This document shows positions 35,688 to 44,434 of a DNA stretch of 52,245 nucleotides, piece by piece. Each line of letters opens with the position of its first letter. Position 1 is the first letter of the stretch. The translations under genes were made by a program, and so were the position numbers. The notes beneath the pieces were generated by a model that ran no database searches, was not told where the DNA came from, and worked only from the letters and a program-made list of their open reading frames with translations. This DNA is from a virus (lineage: Duplodnaviria > Caudoviricetes): positions 1 to 52,245 of IMG/VR virus record IMGVR_UViG_3300046009_002352. One strand, given 5' to 3'.

Positions 35688-37907
35688 TTATATTATTTTT
35701 GAAGTATTGCCATTATTGTCGTATCTCTTAAAACTCAAAGGTACTGCTTGTTTCTGCACCTCATAAACAGGAGTATACATGTGTTTATTGCATGCCATTA
35801 TTGCTAATCCTGAACTAATAGAAGCATCGTGTTTAGTTCTATTACTAATATCAAATCTTGCCCAATCATTTAATGTACGTTGAAAATACATTGATCCAAA
35901 GTTTTCTCCTTGGATACCAACATGGTTTTCAATATATGTTTCTATTGCTGCAGCATGAGCCTGTATAATATCTTGACCTGAATTTGGTATACCGCCTATC
36001 TCTTTTTCTGTAGGTGATAATTTATTCCAAACTTTATCTGGGCGATTCATTGAAAATCCTCTATACCCTCTTCTCTTAAAATAATATAGCAACCTAGCTT
36101 TGTTATTCTCGGCAAGTATTGGCATACCATAAAATACGCAAGCCATTAAAACTTCCTCAAAGAATATTTCAGCTGTTTGTGGTCTAGCTATATATTCAAG
36201 AAAAAAATGATTAGCAGGAATGTTTTCCATTGAGAACTTTGTAAGCCCATGTAATGCACCATTAGATCCTCTTGAATCCACTGTTCCTGAAATGTCATAA
36301 CTATCACAACCAAAGGCACCGCAATGCTCATTGCCAGGATATTTCATTCCATCTTTTATTATTACGCGGTTTTGCAAGTATTTATCGGGAACCCAACTAA
36401 TAAGGAATCTACCATCTTGATTTGGATAAAAAATCACTTTAGAATCTTGTATACCGTTTTCCCATTGAAAGCTTCCGCGTGTTAATACGCTAGAGTGTCG
36501 TAAGTCATCATTATAATCAATCTGTTCGTATATCTTAGTAAGATTGAATAATGCTTGTTTAGCTTCATCTCTAAAAGCATGCTGCTCTGTTCTAGGAAAC
36601 TGTCTATAGTATTCATTTAAAGCATCAGAGTCTGATTTTAAACCTTCAACCTCGTTTTGCCAGTGTTCAATAACACCCGCATCAATCCATTTACCATCAA
36701 CACCTTTTATTGGCTTTTCTGGAGTATCGAAGACAGGTAAGCCATGAGAATCAATGAATCCCTCGTAGGACCATTCCATAGGTATGAACAAACTATATAA
36801 TCCTGAAGCAGTCTGTCCATTGCGGTTTCTTTTTGTAACATCTGAATTGTAATAAAGTTTTTTAAAGTTCTCTCCTCCTTTATCTAAAGCATTTGATGTT
36901 GAACCCATCATACACTTACCAATAATTTTAGATCCTAATCTAAGACACGTTTTCGTTACACGCCAGTTGTTCAATATATTATCTGGTTTTTCCCATTTGC
37001 CACTTTCGTCATGTGCTAAAAGTTTTAACTTTTCCCCATCATAACTATTGTCCCCTGTATTTTTCCAGTCAATTGTTGTATCTAATCCATCAAGCTCTTC
37101 AAGCTTTTCGTTTGCATCTAATTTCTTACGCGTAAGTTTTGATGCAGGTATTCTATAAGCTAATTCAGTTTTAGGTCTATCCATACCATCTTGGATAGGT
37201 TTAAAAAAGAAAGGATAGTTTATAGATATAGGAACAACCTTATCTGTAAACATCTTTTTAGCATCTGCTCCTGATTTTGATAATATACCAAAACGAGCGT
37301 CACTTGATATAGTAGCTTGATTAACTAATTCCGCTGAAGACATAAATGAAAATCCAGAACGTCTATTCTTTAAATAGCACATTCCGTAACATCTATCATC
37401 GGCTTTACAGGCTTCCCAAAATATAAAGAAAAGTCTATTAGACTCTCTAAAATCTGGAGCTCCCACATCTATCTTGCTCCATTGCAAGTACATATAGTGT
37501 GTTCCTGTTATATATGTTGGTTTACCATTATTATAAAAAGCAAACCCTTCTTCTCTGTGTTGAAATTCTTGATCGATGTAATCATACCACCGTTCTTTAA
37601 ATACGTCTGGATATTTATTCCAATCAAATACATTTTTAATCTTAGATAACTCCTTAGGAAATTCTTCTTGTACCCAATATTGCTCTTCTTTTTTATCAGA
37701 TCGCTTATATGCTTTTTCTATTAAAGGTAATGCTATCTTAAGATTTTGAATTTCATATATTTCACCAATCTTTCCGGTACGGCTTATAACAACAACATCA
37801 TGGTCCTTATTATATCCGTATTCCCATTTGTTATGGCGATTTTTTTGTTTTATAATATTTGGCTTAATATAATCATCAAGCACTTTATATAAAGTTTGTT
37901 CGTACAT
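35688..37907 (-). CDS. Terminase large subunit
   Basis: Walker A variant LKNRRSGFS, Walker B LLAHDESGK, coupling motif GSTSN, nuclease motifs FGCDSYD, LAENNK, HDASIS. Confidence 0.9.
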   Translation of the reverse strand: MYEQTLYKVLDDYIKPNIIKQKNRHNKWEYGYNKDHDVVVISRTGKIGEIYEIQNLKIALPLIEKAYKRSDKKEEQYWVQEEFPKELSKIKNVFDWNKYPDVFKERWYDYIDQEFQHREEGFAFYNNGKPTYITGTHYMYLQWSKIDVGAPDFRESNRLFFIFWEACKADDRCYGMCYLKNRRSGFSFMSSAELVNQATISSDARFGILSKSGADAKKMFTDKVVPISINYPFFFKPIQDGMDRPKTELAYRIPASKLTRKKLDANEKLEELDGLDTTIDWKNTGDNSYDGEKLKLLAHDESGKWEKPDNILNNWRVTKTCLRLGSKIIGKCMMGSTSNALDKGGENFKKLYYNSDVTKRNRNGQTASGLYSLFIPMEWSYEGFIDSHGLPVFDTPEKPIKGVDGKWIDAGVIEHWQNEVEGLKSDSDALNEYYRQFPRTEQHAFRDEAKQALFNLTKIYEQIDYNDDLRHSSVLTRGSFQWENGIQDSKVIFYPNQDGRFLISWVPDKYLQNRVIIKDGMKYPGNEHCGAFGCDSYDISGTVDSRGSNGALHGLTKFSMENIPANHFFLEYIARPQTAEIFFEEVLMACVFYGMPILAENNKARLLYYFKRRGYRGFSMNRPDKVWNKLSPTEKEIGGIPNSGQDIIQAHAAAIETYIENHVGIQGENFGSMYFQRTLNDWARFDISNRTKHDASISSGLAIMACNKHMYTPVYEVQKQAVPLSFKRYDNNGNTSKII

Positions 37908-38179
37908 TATTTAGACCTCCCTTCTGCAAAACCTTTAAACACTTTTGTGTCTGTTTGCTTTTCAGAGTCTTCTAGCATTCTTTCTTCTTCTTGTATTCTA
38001 TTTAGAATTTCAAGCGCATCAAAAATAGCTAATTTTTTAGTTGCTGCTGCATTCTTTAATCTATCCGCAGATATATCGTCTCCGCTATCTACAATCTTTT
38101 CTTCAGCAACCTTTATTAATTCCTCAACTGCTTTCTGCCCAGCTCGGATTATATTCAGTTTCGTCTCCTTTATATTCAT
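37907..38179 (-). CDS. Putative terminase small subunit
   Basis: 90-aa helical protein immediately upstream of and coupled to the large subunit. Confidence 0.5.
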   Translation of the reverse strand: MNIKETKLNIIRAGQKAVEELIKVAEEKIVDSGDDISADRLKNAAATKKLAIFDALEILNRIQEEERMLEDSEKQTDTKVFKGFAEGRSK

Positions 38180-38735
38180 ATTTAATTACAATATCATTAG
38201 ATTTCATACAATACAATCGCTGGCCATCTATTATAAACTCAAACTCACTATATGGTTTGTAACCTACAACATCGCCAGGAGTGATTCCGAGCCCGTTTAA
38301 GGACTCATTACCATATTTTAGTATTCCAATATGCTTTTGCTCTTTGGATAGCTTAAATTGGTCTTTATTTTTTATTGGCATTACAAAACAACGGTCACCA
38401 TTTGACTTCCATTTATTATCTGTTTTGTATAAATAGATCTGATCAGGTGAACAAAAATATAGATCTTCTTTAAAATATGATCTACTATTTTTTTGTCTTC
38501 CCTTAATGTCGTAAAATCTTCTAAATACATTATGATGTATAACAACAATATCCCCTATTTTTATATCTGTTTTGCCAAACAATGGTACTGATACCACTTC
38601 AGCTAATTTATTTACAGACTTAAAAGTTTCGATTCTTGTGTTCGTTATTAGTTTTTTACCATCAACATCAACTTCATTATTGTATCTAGATCCTACAGGT
38701 TTAATTATAAAATCAAATACAGCTGTCATATTCAT
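38124..38735 (-). CDS. Tandem double GroES-like co-chaperonin
   Basis: Two GroES-pattern halves: FIIKP..AEVVSV..IKIGDIVV and GDRCFVMP..GILKYG..ITPGDVVGYKPYSEFEFIIDGQRLYCMKSNDIV. Confidence 0.65.
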   Translation of the reverse strand: MNMTAVFDFIIKPVGSRYNNEVDVDGKKLITNTRIETFKSVNKLAEVVSVPLFGKTDIKIGDIVVIHHNVFRRFYDIKGRQKNSRSYFKEDLYFCSPDQIYLYKTDNKWKSNGDRCFVMPIKNKDQFKLSKEQKHIGILKYGNESLNGLGITPGDVVGYKPYSEFEFIIDGQRLYCMKSNDIVIKYEYKGDETEYNPSWAESS

Positions 38736-38962
38736 TAGTATTCTAAATCATATTCAACTGATATTGCCATATTGCAATTAAACTTTTTCCACGGCATTAC
38801 TTCATCTTCTTTTTTAATATAGATGTTATAGGAGTTATCAGTGGTATCTAATAATATATAAGAGATGCGATGCCCTCCGTAAACCTCTTGGCCTACGGAG
38901 TAATGCATTGCATCGTCTTTATAATTAGTTCCTATACTTATTTTTCTAACTACTGAATCCAT
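38735..38962 (-). CDS. Hypothetical phage protein
   Basis: 75-aa ORF with stop/start overlaps at both ends. Confidence 0.75.
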   Translation of the reverse strand: MDSVVRKISIGTNYKDDAMHYSVGQEVYGGHRISYILLDTTDNSYNIYIKKEDEVMPWKKFNCNMAISVEYDLEY

Positions 38963-39216
38963 TATGCTTCAACTACAGCTTCTGGCTCAATCTCAGTGTA
39001 TGAACCATCGGTTAAATTAATATTAATTGCACCGTATTCTTCCTGAAGTTTGTTTTTGGTTTCTTCAATAAGATTATTAAGATCAGCCATTTGGTGTAAC
39101 AACATGTGCTTTTGTGATTCAACAACCCCTATATTAACTAACAAGGCATTAAGATCTTTTTGCTGATTTGTAATAGTTTCTAATTGTTCTGTTGTAATTT
39201 GTCTTACTACTTCCAT
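38962..39216 (-). CDS. Small coiled-coil protein
   Basis: Likely start MEVVRQ at 39216 after an A/T-rich leader; the longer start would overlap the tRNA. Confidence 0.7.
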   Translation of the reverse strand: MEVVRQITTEQLETITNQQKDLNALLVNIGVVESQKHMLLHQMADLNNLIEETKNKLQEEYGAININLTDGSYTEIEPEAVVEA

Positions 39217-39243
39217 TTTATTTAATTTAATTGTTAATATTAG

Positions 39244-39316
39244 TAGCAACGTCATGGAATCGAACCAAGTTATGCGGGCTTATGAGACCCGTGAGATACC
39301 TTACCTCCCACCTGCT
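39244..39316 (-). tRNA. tRNA-Met(CAT)-like gene with irregular stems
   Basis: AGCAGGT GG GAGG TAAGGTA TCTC A CGGGT CTCATAA GCCCG CATAA CTTGG TTCGATT CCATG ACGTTGCT A; cloverleaf with TTCGA loop; followed by CTA, not CCA. Confidence 0.8.
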
Positions 39317-39321
39317 ATTTA

Positions 39322-39349
39322 ATGCCTATCACAATTAAGCAATAGGCAT
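39322..39349 (-). other. 11-bp hairpin immediately upstream of the tRNA
   Basis: ATGCCTATTGC-TTAATT-GTGATAGGCAT pairs fully with G-U on the - strand. Confidence 0.65.
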
Positions 39350-39355
39350 GTGTTT

Positions 39356-39859
39356 TTACATTTTTGAGATTCTCCCTCTATCTCGCATAGATTGTAACTC
39401 TTTATCAGTTTTAGGCTTAGTTCTTCCTGAACCTAAATTAGTAAATGAAACATTTGCTTGAGCTTGAGTTCCTTTAATCTTATTTGTTCTTTCTACGCCT
39501 TTAACTAACTTTTCAACTTCGCTAGGTTTATTCATTTGAACTCTTTTAACGAAACCACCTTCGCTGTCATACTCCTCCATAAACTCACCTACTTTTTTAG
39601 TAGTATGAGCAGCTGTATTAGCTGAAGCCATACCACTTCTAGGATCAATTTTGATTTGATTACCTTTTTCAATATTAGCTTTACCTTCAGCAGTTTTAAT
39701 TGCTTTGTTAAATTTATCTACAGCTGTAGTTTGTTTTTTAGTATATTCAACTTCTGGCTCTTGTTTCATTGGAGAGCAAGACATTAATGTTGGAGGAACT
39801 CCACGACCTGTTTTAGGCATATTTCCTCTGCCAGGTTTCATTTTAAAAGGACTGTTCAT
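39356..39859 (-). CDS. Basic protein with SPFKM / SPMKQ leader motifs
   Basis: 167 aa, Lys-rich. Confidence 0.75.
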   Translation of the reverse strand: MNSPFKMKPGRGNMPKTGRGVPPTLMSCSPMKQEPEVEYTKKQTTAVDKFNKAIKTAEGKANIEKGNQIKIDPRSGMASANTAAHTTKKVGEFMEEYDSEGGFVKRVQMNKPSEVEKLVKGVERTNKIKGTQAQANVSFTNLGSGRTKPKTDKELQSMRDRGRISKM

Positions 39860-39879
39860 TTTTTTTTGTTTTAATTGTT

Positions 39880-40236
39880 TTAGTTTATTTTTTTTCTTTT
39901 ATATATTAAAATACCAGGAGCATCAGAAACAACGCTTTCGGCCATAGTATTTTCATCTATAATTACTAATTTACCAATTGCTTCCCAATTATTTGGTTCG
40001 TAATATGTTTCCATATATAAGTTGTTTTTATTAATTTGATAGCCAACCACGCTTATTGGATCATTAGTTTCTTTTAAGAGCATTGTTATTTTTAACTCTT
40101 TTTTATTTACTACTTTAAATTCAACAAGATGAAATTCTGTTTCCCATTTACCCTCTAAAAATTTTTTATCCATTTTTTGAGAATAAGAAACAAAAGAAGC
40201 AAATAATAATACTAGCAATAATAATACTTTTTTCAT
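39880..40236 (-). CDS. Exported beta-strand-rich protein (lipocalin-like)
   Basis: Signal peptide MKKVLLLLVLLFASFVSYS-Q and LEGKWE motif. Confidence 0.7.
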   Translation of the reverse strand: MKKVLLLLVLLFASFVSYSQKMDKKFLEGKWETEFHLVEFKVVNKKELKITMLLKETNDPISVVGYQINKNNLYMETYYEPNNWEAIGKLVIIDENTMAESVVSDAPGILIYKRKKIN

Positions 40237-40260
40237 AATAAATTAAATTTAAGTTATAAT

Positions 40261-40272
40261 ATTATTATTACG
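40261..40272 (-). promoter_or_regulatory. Putative late promoter CGTAATAATAAT
   Basis: Recurring intergenic motif. Confidence 0.45.
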
Positions 40273-40277
40273 TAAGT

Positions 40278-40592
40278 TTATTGCTTTTTATAAGCTTCCA
40301 TCTCCCAAGGTAGTTTTTTAGAACCTTCTTTCATTTTAGACCTAGAATATGTTTTTCCTTTCCAGAAAACATTCTTTTCATCATAGCCTAAATCACCTCG
40401 TTTCATTTGATCAATGTGGACAAGCTCGTGCTCAACCGTTTTATTCTTTTTTAATTCTAATGGAGATACATTTTTATTTACTAATATAGTACCATTAGAC
40501 TGTGCCATACCTAAAATATTGTCATCCATATCCTTACTGTATATTGGCGTATTCTGCACATTATAAGGAGGACCAGCCATTTTAAATGCCAT
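40278..40592 (-). CDS. Minimal zincin metallopeptidase
   Basis: LGMA..NGTILVN strands, HELVHIDQ (HExxH) and PWEMEAY third ligand helix. Confidence 0.8.
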   Translation of the reverse strand: MAFKMAGPPYNVQNTPIYSKDMDDNILGMAQSNGTILVNKNVSPLELKKNKTVEHELVHIDQMKRGDLGYDEKNVFWKGKTYSRSKMKEGSKKLPWEMEAYKKQ

Positions 40593-40600
40593 AGGTTTAT

Positions 40601-40876
40601 TTATTTTTTCTTTTTGTTTTTCATAGATGCTTCAGCATTCATCGCATAGTTTTTTCTAGCGCTTGCTTTTAACTTTGGATTACTAGCTTCTTTAATATCA
40701 TAAGCAGTTTTTTTGCTTACCATTTTTTTCTTTTGCATAGCCGGAGTTGCAGCCGTAGGAGCAGGTGCTGGTTTTGCAGGAGTAGATGCTGCTTTTTTTG
40801 CTGCTAATTTAGCTTTCATCCCTGATGACATTGAAGATTTAGCTTTATTTATTACTTCTTGTGCTGGATTTCTCAT
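40601..40876 (-). CDS. Small K/A/P-rich basic protein
   Basis: 91 aa with histone-H1-like composition. Confidence 0.7.
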   Translation of the reverse strand: MRNPAQEVINKAKSSMSSGMKAKLAAKKAASTPAKPAPAPTAATPAMQKKKMVSKKTAYDIKEASNPKLKASARKNYAMNAEASMKNKKKK

Positions 40877-40892
40877 TATAATTATTTGTTAA

Positions 40893-41063
40893 TTATTTAT
40901 CTTGTTTTTTTGTTTTATCTTCAAAGTGACTGTATATTCTAATCGCAGTATAACCAATAGAAAGTATAAGAAGAATTATTTTTAAAGCTGGTTCTAAATT
41001 TGTCATTGACAAAGATAATGCTACCGCGTTTAATCCGTATAGTTTAATATCAGTTGCGTCCAT
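40893..41063 (-). CDS. Small holin-like membrane protein (56 aa, missing from the ORF track)
   Basis: MDATDIKLYGLNAVALSLSMTNLEPALKIILLILSIGYTAIRIYSHFEDKTKKQDK*; TAATG overlap with the upstream gene. Confidence 0.7.
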   Translation of the reverse strand: MDATDIKLYGLNAVALSLSMTNLEPALKIILLILSIGYTAIRIYSHFEDKTKKQDK

Positions 41064-41266
41064 TAAAGTTTACATTTCGCTCTCTGAGTAATAGGAGCTG
41101 CGTGATACATAGTTGGAGTTTTCTTAACTTCCATTCCATCTTTTCCGTTGCTAGAACCTTTACCCATTGGGAAACCAGTCATATCTAATGGTCCATCCCA
41201 CAAAGCGTTTGCTCCTGTTATGCCGTTATTTTCTATTCTTTTAACAGCTGGCGTTATTTTTCTCAT
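41063..41266 (-). CDS. Small hypothetical protein
   Basis: 67 aa with GANALWDGP. Confidence 0.7.
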   Translation of the reverse strand: MRKITPAVKRIENNGITGANALWDGPLDMTGFPMGKGSSNGKDGMEVKKTPTMYHAAPITQRAKCKL

Positions 41267-41298
41267 ACCTTATATTTGTTATTAATCTATTAATACTT

Positions 41299-41562
41299 TT
41301 AAACTGTTGGAGTAACCGGTAGTGTTCTGTCATAAGATCCTTCAGCCGGCATACCAAACATACCTGTCATAGAAGCTTGTGCTTTTGGATTAAAATTAAC
41401 AGGAGCGCCAGTTGGTTTTATTCCAGGATTATAAGTTCTTGGCTCTGACATAATCGGAGCTTGTGGGAAAGTGTCCCCTGTTAAACCAAGTGTTGATGTA
41501 TCGCCTGATGGCATAACGCTTGGATCATACTTTGGATTGCCTAAGGCACTGTTGTATCTCAT
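41299..41562 (-). CDS. Small Pro/Gly-rich protein
   Basis: 87 aa, ATGA overlap with the upstream gene. Confidence 0.65.
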   Translation of the reverse strand: MRYNSALGNPKYDPSVMPSGDTSTLGLTGDTFPQAPIMSEPRTYNPGIKPTGAPVNFNPKAQASMTGMFGMPAEGSYDRTLPVTPTV

Positions 41563-42005
41563 CTTGTTTTATCTTTATTTACATTATTTATTGCTGATCG
41601 TAATACTATATCCGTATAAGTATTATTTTTCATTATTTTGTTACTTCGTGGAGTAGTTGGTATATCTTCTACCCCAAGCATTATACGGTACATTCGACTT
41701 ATCAGTTGTTTGCACTTGAATGAAACTTTATATATGTTGTATTTCTGGGTTGTATGATTTCTATTTCGCCATACTACTATCCATCCTTCTTTTAACAAAT
41801 TGTTCCAGCGCTTATTGTCCCAACTATATGCGTAAGTACCTATCTTATAATCTTGCTTGGTAAAAAACTCCATGCAATCAAAATATACTAATAATTCTAA
41901 ATCAGCATCCGTAAGATCATAATTTCTACAAGCCCATTTGCGTATTAATCTATAATGTTTTAATAAGCCAAGATCTTTTATATCCTTTGCTTCTAATCTT
42001 CTCAT
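41559..42005 (-). CDS. Phage protein, possible winged-helix
   Basis: LTDADLELLVYF..LLKEGWIVVW..IYKVSFKCKQLI resembles a MarR-type wHTH; coupled to groES. Confidence 0.6.
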   Translation of the reverse strand: MRRLEAKDIKDLGLLKHYRLIRKWACRNYDLTDADLELLVYFDCMEFFTKQDYKIGTYAYSWDNKRWNNLLKEGWIVVWRNRNHTTQKYNIYKVSFKCKQLISRMYRIMLGVEDIPTTPRSNKIMKNNTYTDIVLRSAINNVNKDKTR

Positions 42006-42262
42006 ATAACTATTACGACATCTTGTAATCTTATAACCTGATAGTCCTGGCCTTCAAACTCTATTCCATGCCCAGCAGCTTTATCATAATAAATAACATC
42101 GGCTTCTTTTAAACATTTAATATCCTCACTCACAGAAACTACAATAGCTTCTTTATAACGTATATTTTCTTTATCTTTTTCTTTTAATAATAAACCGCTA
42201 TCCGTTTTTGATAATCCTACTTTTTTCGGAAGTATCACTATATTATTACCTATTGCCCTCAT
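42002..42262 (-). CDS. groES: Co-chaperonin GroES
   Basis: KTDSGLLL mobile loop, AIVVSVS, GHGIEFEGQDYQVIRLQDVV; adjacent to groEL. Confidence 0.9.
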   Translation of the reverse strand: MRAIGNNIVILPKKVGLSKTDSGLLLKEKDKENIRYKEAIVVSVSEDIKCLKEADVIYYDKAAGHGIEFEGQDYQVIRLQDVVIVI

Positions 42263-43808
42263 TAACTCTTAAATTATTAATTACACAATCGGTTGATAAT
42301 ATTGTAACAGCTACGGATGCTGCATTTTTTAATGCGCTCTTAGTAACAGATAGAGGATCAATAATTCCTGCTTCTATCATGTTCACTTGTTCCCCGGTTA
42401 CAGCATTTAATCCAGAGCCTTCTAAGCGATTCCAATCATCTCCTGGATGATCAATACCAGCATTACTTAATATTGTCTTAAATGGAGCCTTAATAGCTCT
42501 TAGAAGAGCAATACCTCCATTGTTCGTTGTTAATACATTTCTTGAAGCATCTAAAAGAGCAATTCCTCCGCCGGGAACAATTCCTTCTTTAATAGCGGCT
42601 TTAGTTGCACAAATTGCATCTTCAACTCTATCAGCTTTTTCTTTTAATTCTAAATCAGATCCAGCACCTACTTTTACAACAGCAACTTTTGCTGATAGTC
42701 TAGCTAATCTTTTTTCTAATCTAATAACATCTCCTGGAGCAGTAGCAACCTGTAATTGTGAATTTAACTCATCAATTAATTCTTGTACTTCTTCTTTTGT
42801 TTCACCAACGTGCAATATCGTTTCACTATCATCTGTTATTGCTTTCAAACAACTACCTAAACATTCAATATCTATAAGATCCATATCGTCTCCTAGATCT
42901 TCGTTTATAATTGTAGCTCCAGTTAATAAAGCAAGATCCATTAGGGTATCCTTTTTTGTGATACCATAAGTTGGTGCATTGATAACATTAACTTTTATAT
43001 TACCTTTAACTTTATTCATTGCTAAAGCAGATAGTACAGTTTGTTCCATGTCTGCAATAATCAATAACGGCTTGTTATTCTTTATTACATATTCTAAAAC
43101 TGATTGTATCTGACGAATAGATTCCACCGGTGATTCAACAATCAATACTAATGGATTTTCTAATTCGGCAATTCTTTTATTTGGGTTTGTGATAAAGTTT
43201 GAATTTACTAATCCTTTATCATATTGTACACCATCTATAATTTCTATTTCTGTTTCTGGATTTGCTGATGATTCCATCATAACAATACCAGTTTCACCAA
43301 CTGCTCTAAAAGCATCACCAATAATTTTACCAAGTACTGGATCGTTGTTTGTTGATATAGTGGCAATGTGATCTATCATATCTCCAGTTACTGGAACTTT
43401 AATAGATTCTAAATATTCTATAACTTTATCTACTGTAGTCTCAATACCGTTTTTTAAATCTCTTGAACTTACAGTATCTTGAATTGCATAAGCTTCTTCT
43501 AAAATAGCATGTGCTAATACAGTTGCTGTAGTTGTGCCATCACCAGCTTCCTTAACTGTTTTTCTAGCTGCTTCTTTTAAAAGTCTTGCTCCCATATTCT
43601 CTACAGGATCTAATAATGTAATGCTGTCTGCAACCGTAACCCCGTCTTTTGTAATTAACGGTCTGCCTTTACTATCTTCTAACATTACGCATTTTCCACC
43701 AGCTCCTAATGTTGAGCTAACTGCTTTAGTTAACTTTGTTATACCGGCAAATACATTATCTCGTGCTTCGTTACCAAAGCTGAGATTCTTTACTATTTCA
43801 TCTGACAT
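42246..43808 (-). CDS. groEL: Chaperonin GroEL
   Basis: ITKDGVTVA, AGDGTTTATVLA, DRVEDAICATKAA..EGIVPGGG, GIIDPLSVTKSALKNAASVA. Confidence 0.97.
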   Translation of the reverse strand: MSDEIVKNLSFGNEARDNVFAGITKLTKAVSSTLGAGGKCVMLEDSKGRPLITKDGVTVADSITLLDPVENMGARLLKEAARKTVKEAGDGTTTATVLAHAILEEAYAIQDTVSSRDLKNGIETTVDKVIEYLESIKVPVTGDMIDHIATISTNNDPVLGKIIGDAFRAVGETGIVMMESSANPETEIEIIDGVQYDKGLVNSNFITNPNKRIAELENPLVLIVESPVESIRQIQSVLEYVIKNNKPLLIIADMEQTVLSALAMNKVKGNIKVNVINAPTYGITKKDTLMDLALLTGATIINEDLGDDMDLIDIECLGSCLKAITDDSETILHVGETKEEVQELIDELNSQLQVATAPGDVIRLEKRLARLSAKVAVVKVGAGSDLELKEKADRVEDAICATKAAIKEGIVPGGGIALLDASRNVLTTNNGGIALLRAIKAPFKTILSNAGIDHPGDDWNRLEGSGLNAVTGEQVNMIEAGIIDPLSVTKSALKNAASVAVTILSTDCVINNLRVNEGNR

Positions 43809-43830
43809 ATTTAATTGAATTTAATTTAAT

Positions 43831-43842
43831 ATATATATTACT
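43831..43842 (-). promoter_or_regulatory. Putative late promoter AGTAATATATAT upstream of groEL
   Basis: Recurring intergenic motif. Confidence 0.45.
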
Positions 43843-43857
43843 TATTTTAAGTAATTT

Positions 43858-44001
43858 TTACCTACCCTGCCCTCTATATTTTTTTGTATAATTTTTTGAG
43901 GACTTTAATGTTGAGGTTTTTGATTTTGCATGAATACCTGGTCTGCTTATATTCTTCTTAACAAGTTTAGCGGAACTCTGAGATGATTTTTGATTTGCCA
44001 T
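43858..44001 (-). CDS. Small basic protein ending KKYRGQGR (47 aa, missing from the ORF track)
   Basis: MANQKSSQSSAKLVKKNISRPGIHAKSKTSTLKSSKNYTKKYRGQGR*. Confidence 0.75.
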   Translation of the reverse strand: MANQKSSQSSAKLVKKNISRPGIHAKSKTSTLKSSKNYTKKYRGQGR

Positions 44002-44002
44002 T

Positions 44003-44434
44003 TTAAGATATATTTTTTAATTGAAAGTGCATACCATCTTTTCTTGTCCAAGTTCCACCCCAATCAAATCCAGCATCAGTAAAACACTTTACTAATTCAA
44101 TAGACATTGTAGGTTCTTTTCCTAATCCATTCCATGCTGCATTAATATCTATTGCAATACCCCAAGAATGCAGTGATAAAGATTTTAATCCACGTTTTCT
44201 ACGTACGTTAAAGCAACCATCCCATGTTTTTAATTCGTTAATTAGCCCTCTTTCAATTATATTTGTAAAAGCAACTATTAAAGGATTTATTATTGCTTTA
44301 TTACAATATAGTTTTTTTGGTATAACACCTAATTCTAAATGAACAGGTATATCCCATACCGTCATATATTTTAATTCGTTTTCAATTAAAGTAGGATCAC
44401 CCCACTTTTTTAGGCATTGACTACTTGTTACCAT
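44003..44434 (-). CDS. Endolysin, peptidase M15 family
   Basis: GCFNVR, SLHSWGIAIDIN, GFDWGGTW..DGMHFQ. Confidence 0.9.
   Translation of the reverse strand: MVTSSQCLKKWGDPTLIENELKYMTVWDIPVHLELGVIPKKLYCNKAIINPLIVAFTNIIERGLINELKTWDGCFNVRRKRGLKSLSLHSWGIAIDINAAWNGLGKEPTMSIELVKCFTDAGFDWGGTWTRKDGMHFQLKNIS

Noticed and set aside
38962-39255. ORF-track starts for 38962..39255, 50777..51121, 2977..3177, 283..516 and 483..842
   Set aside because: The upstream extensions overlap neighbouring genes or the tRNA. Downstream ATGs at 39216, 51067, 3004, 316 and 513 have better context.
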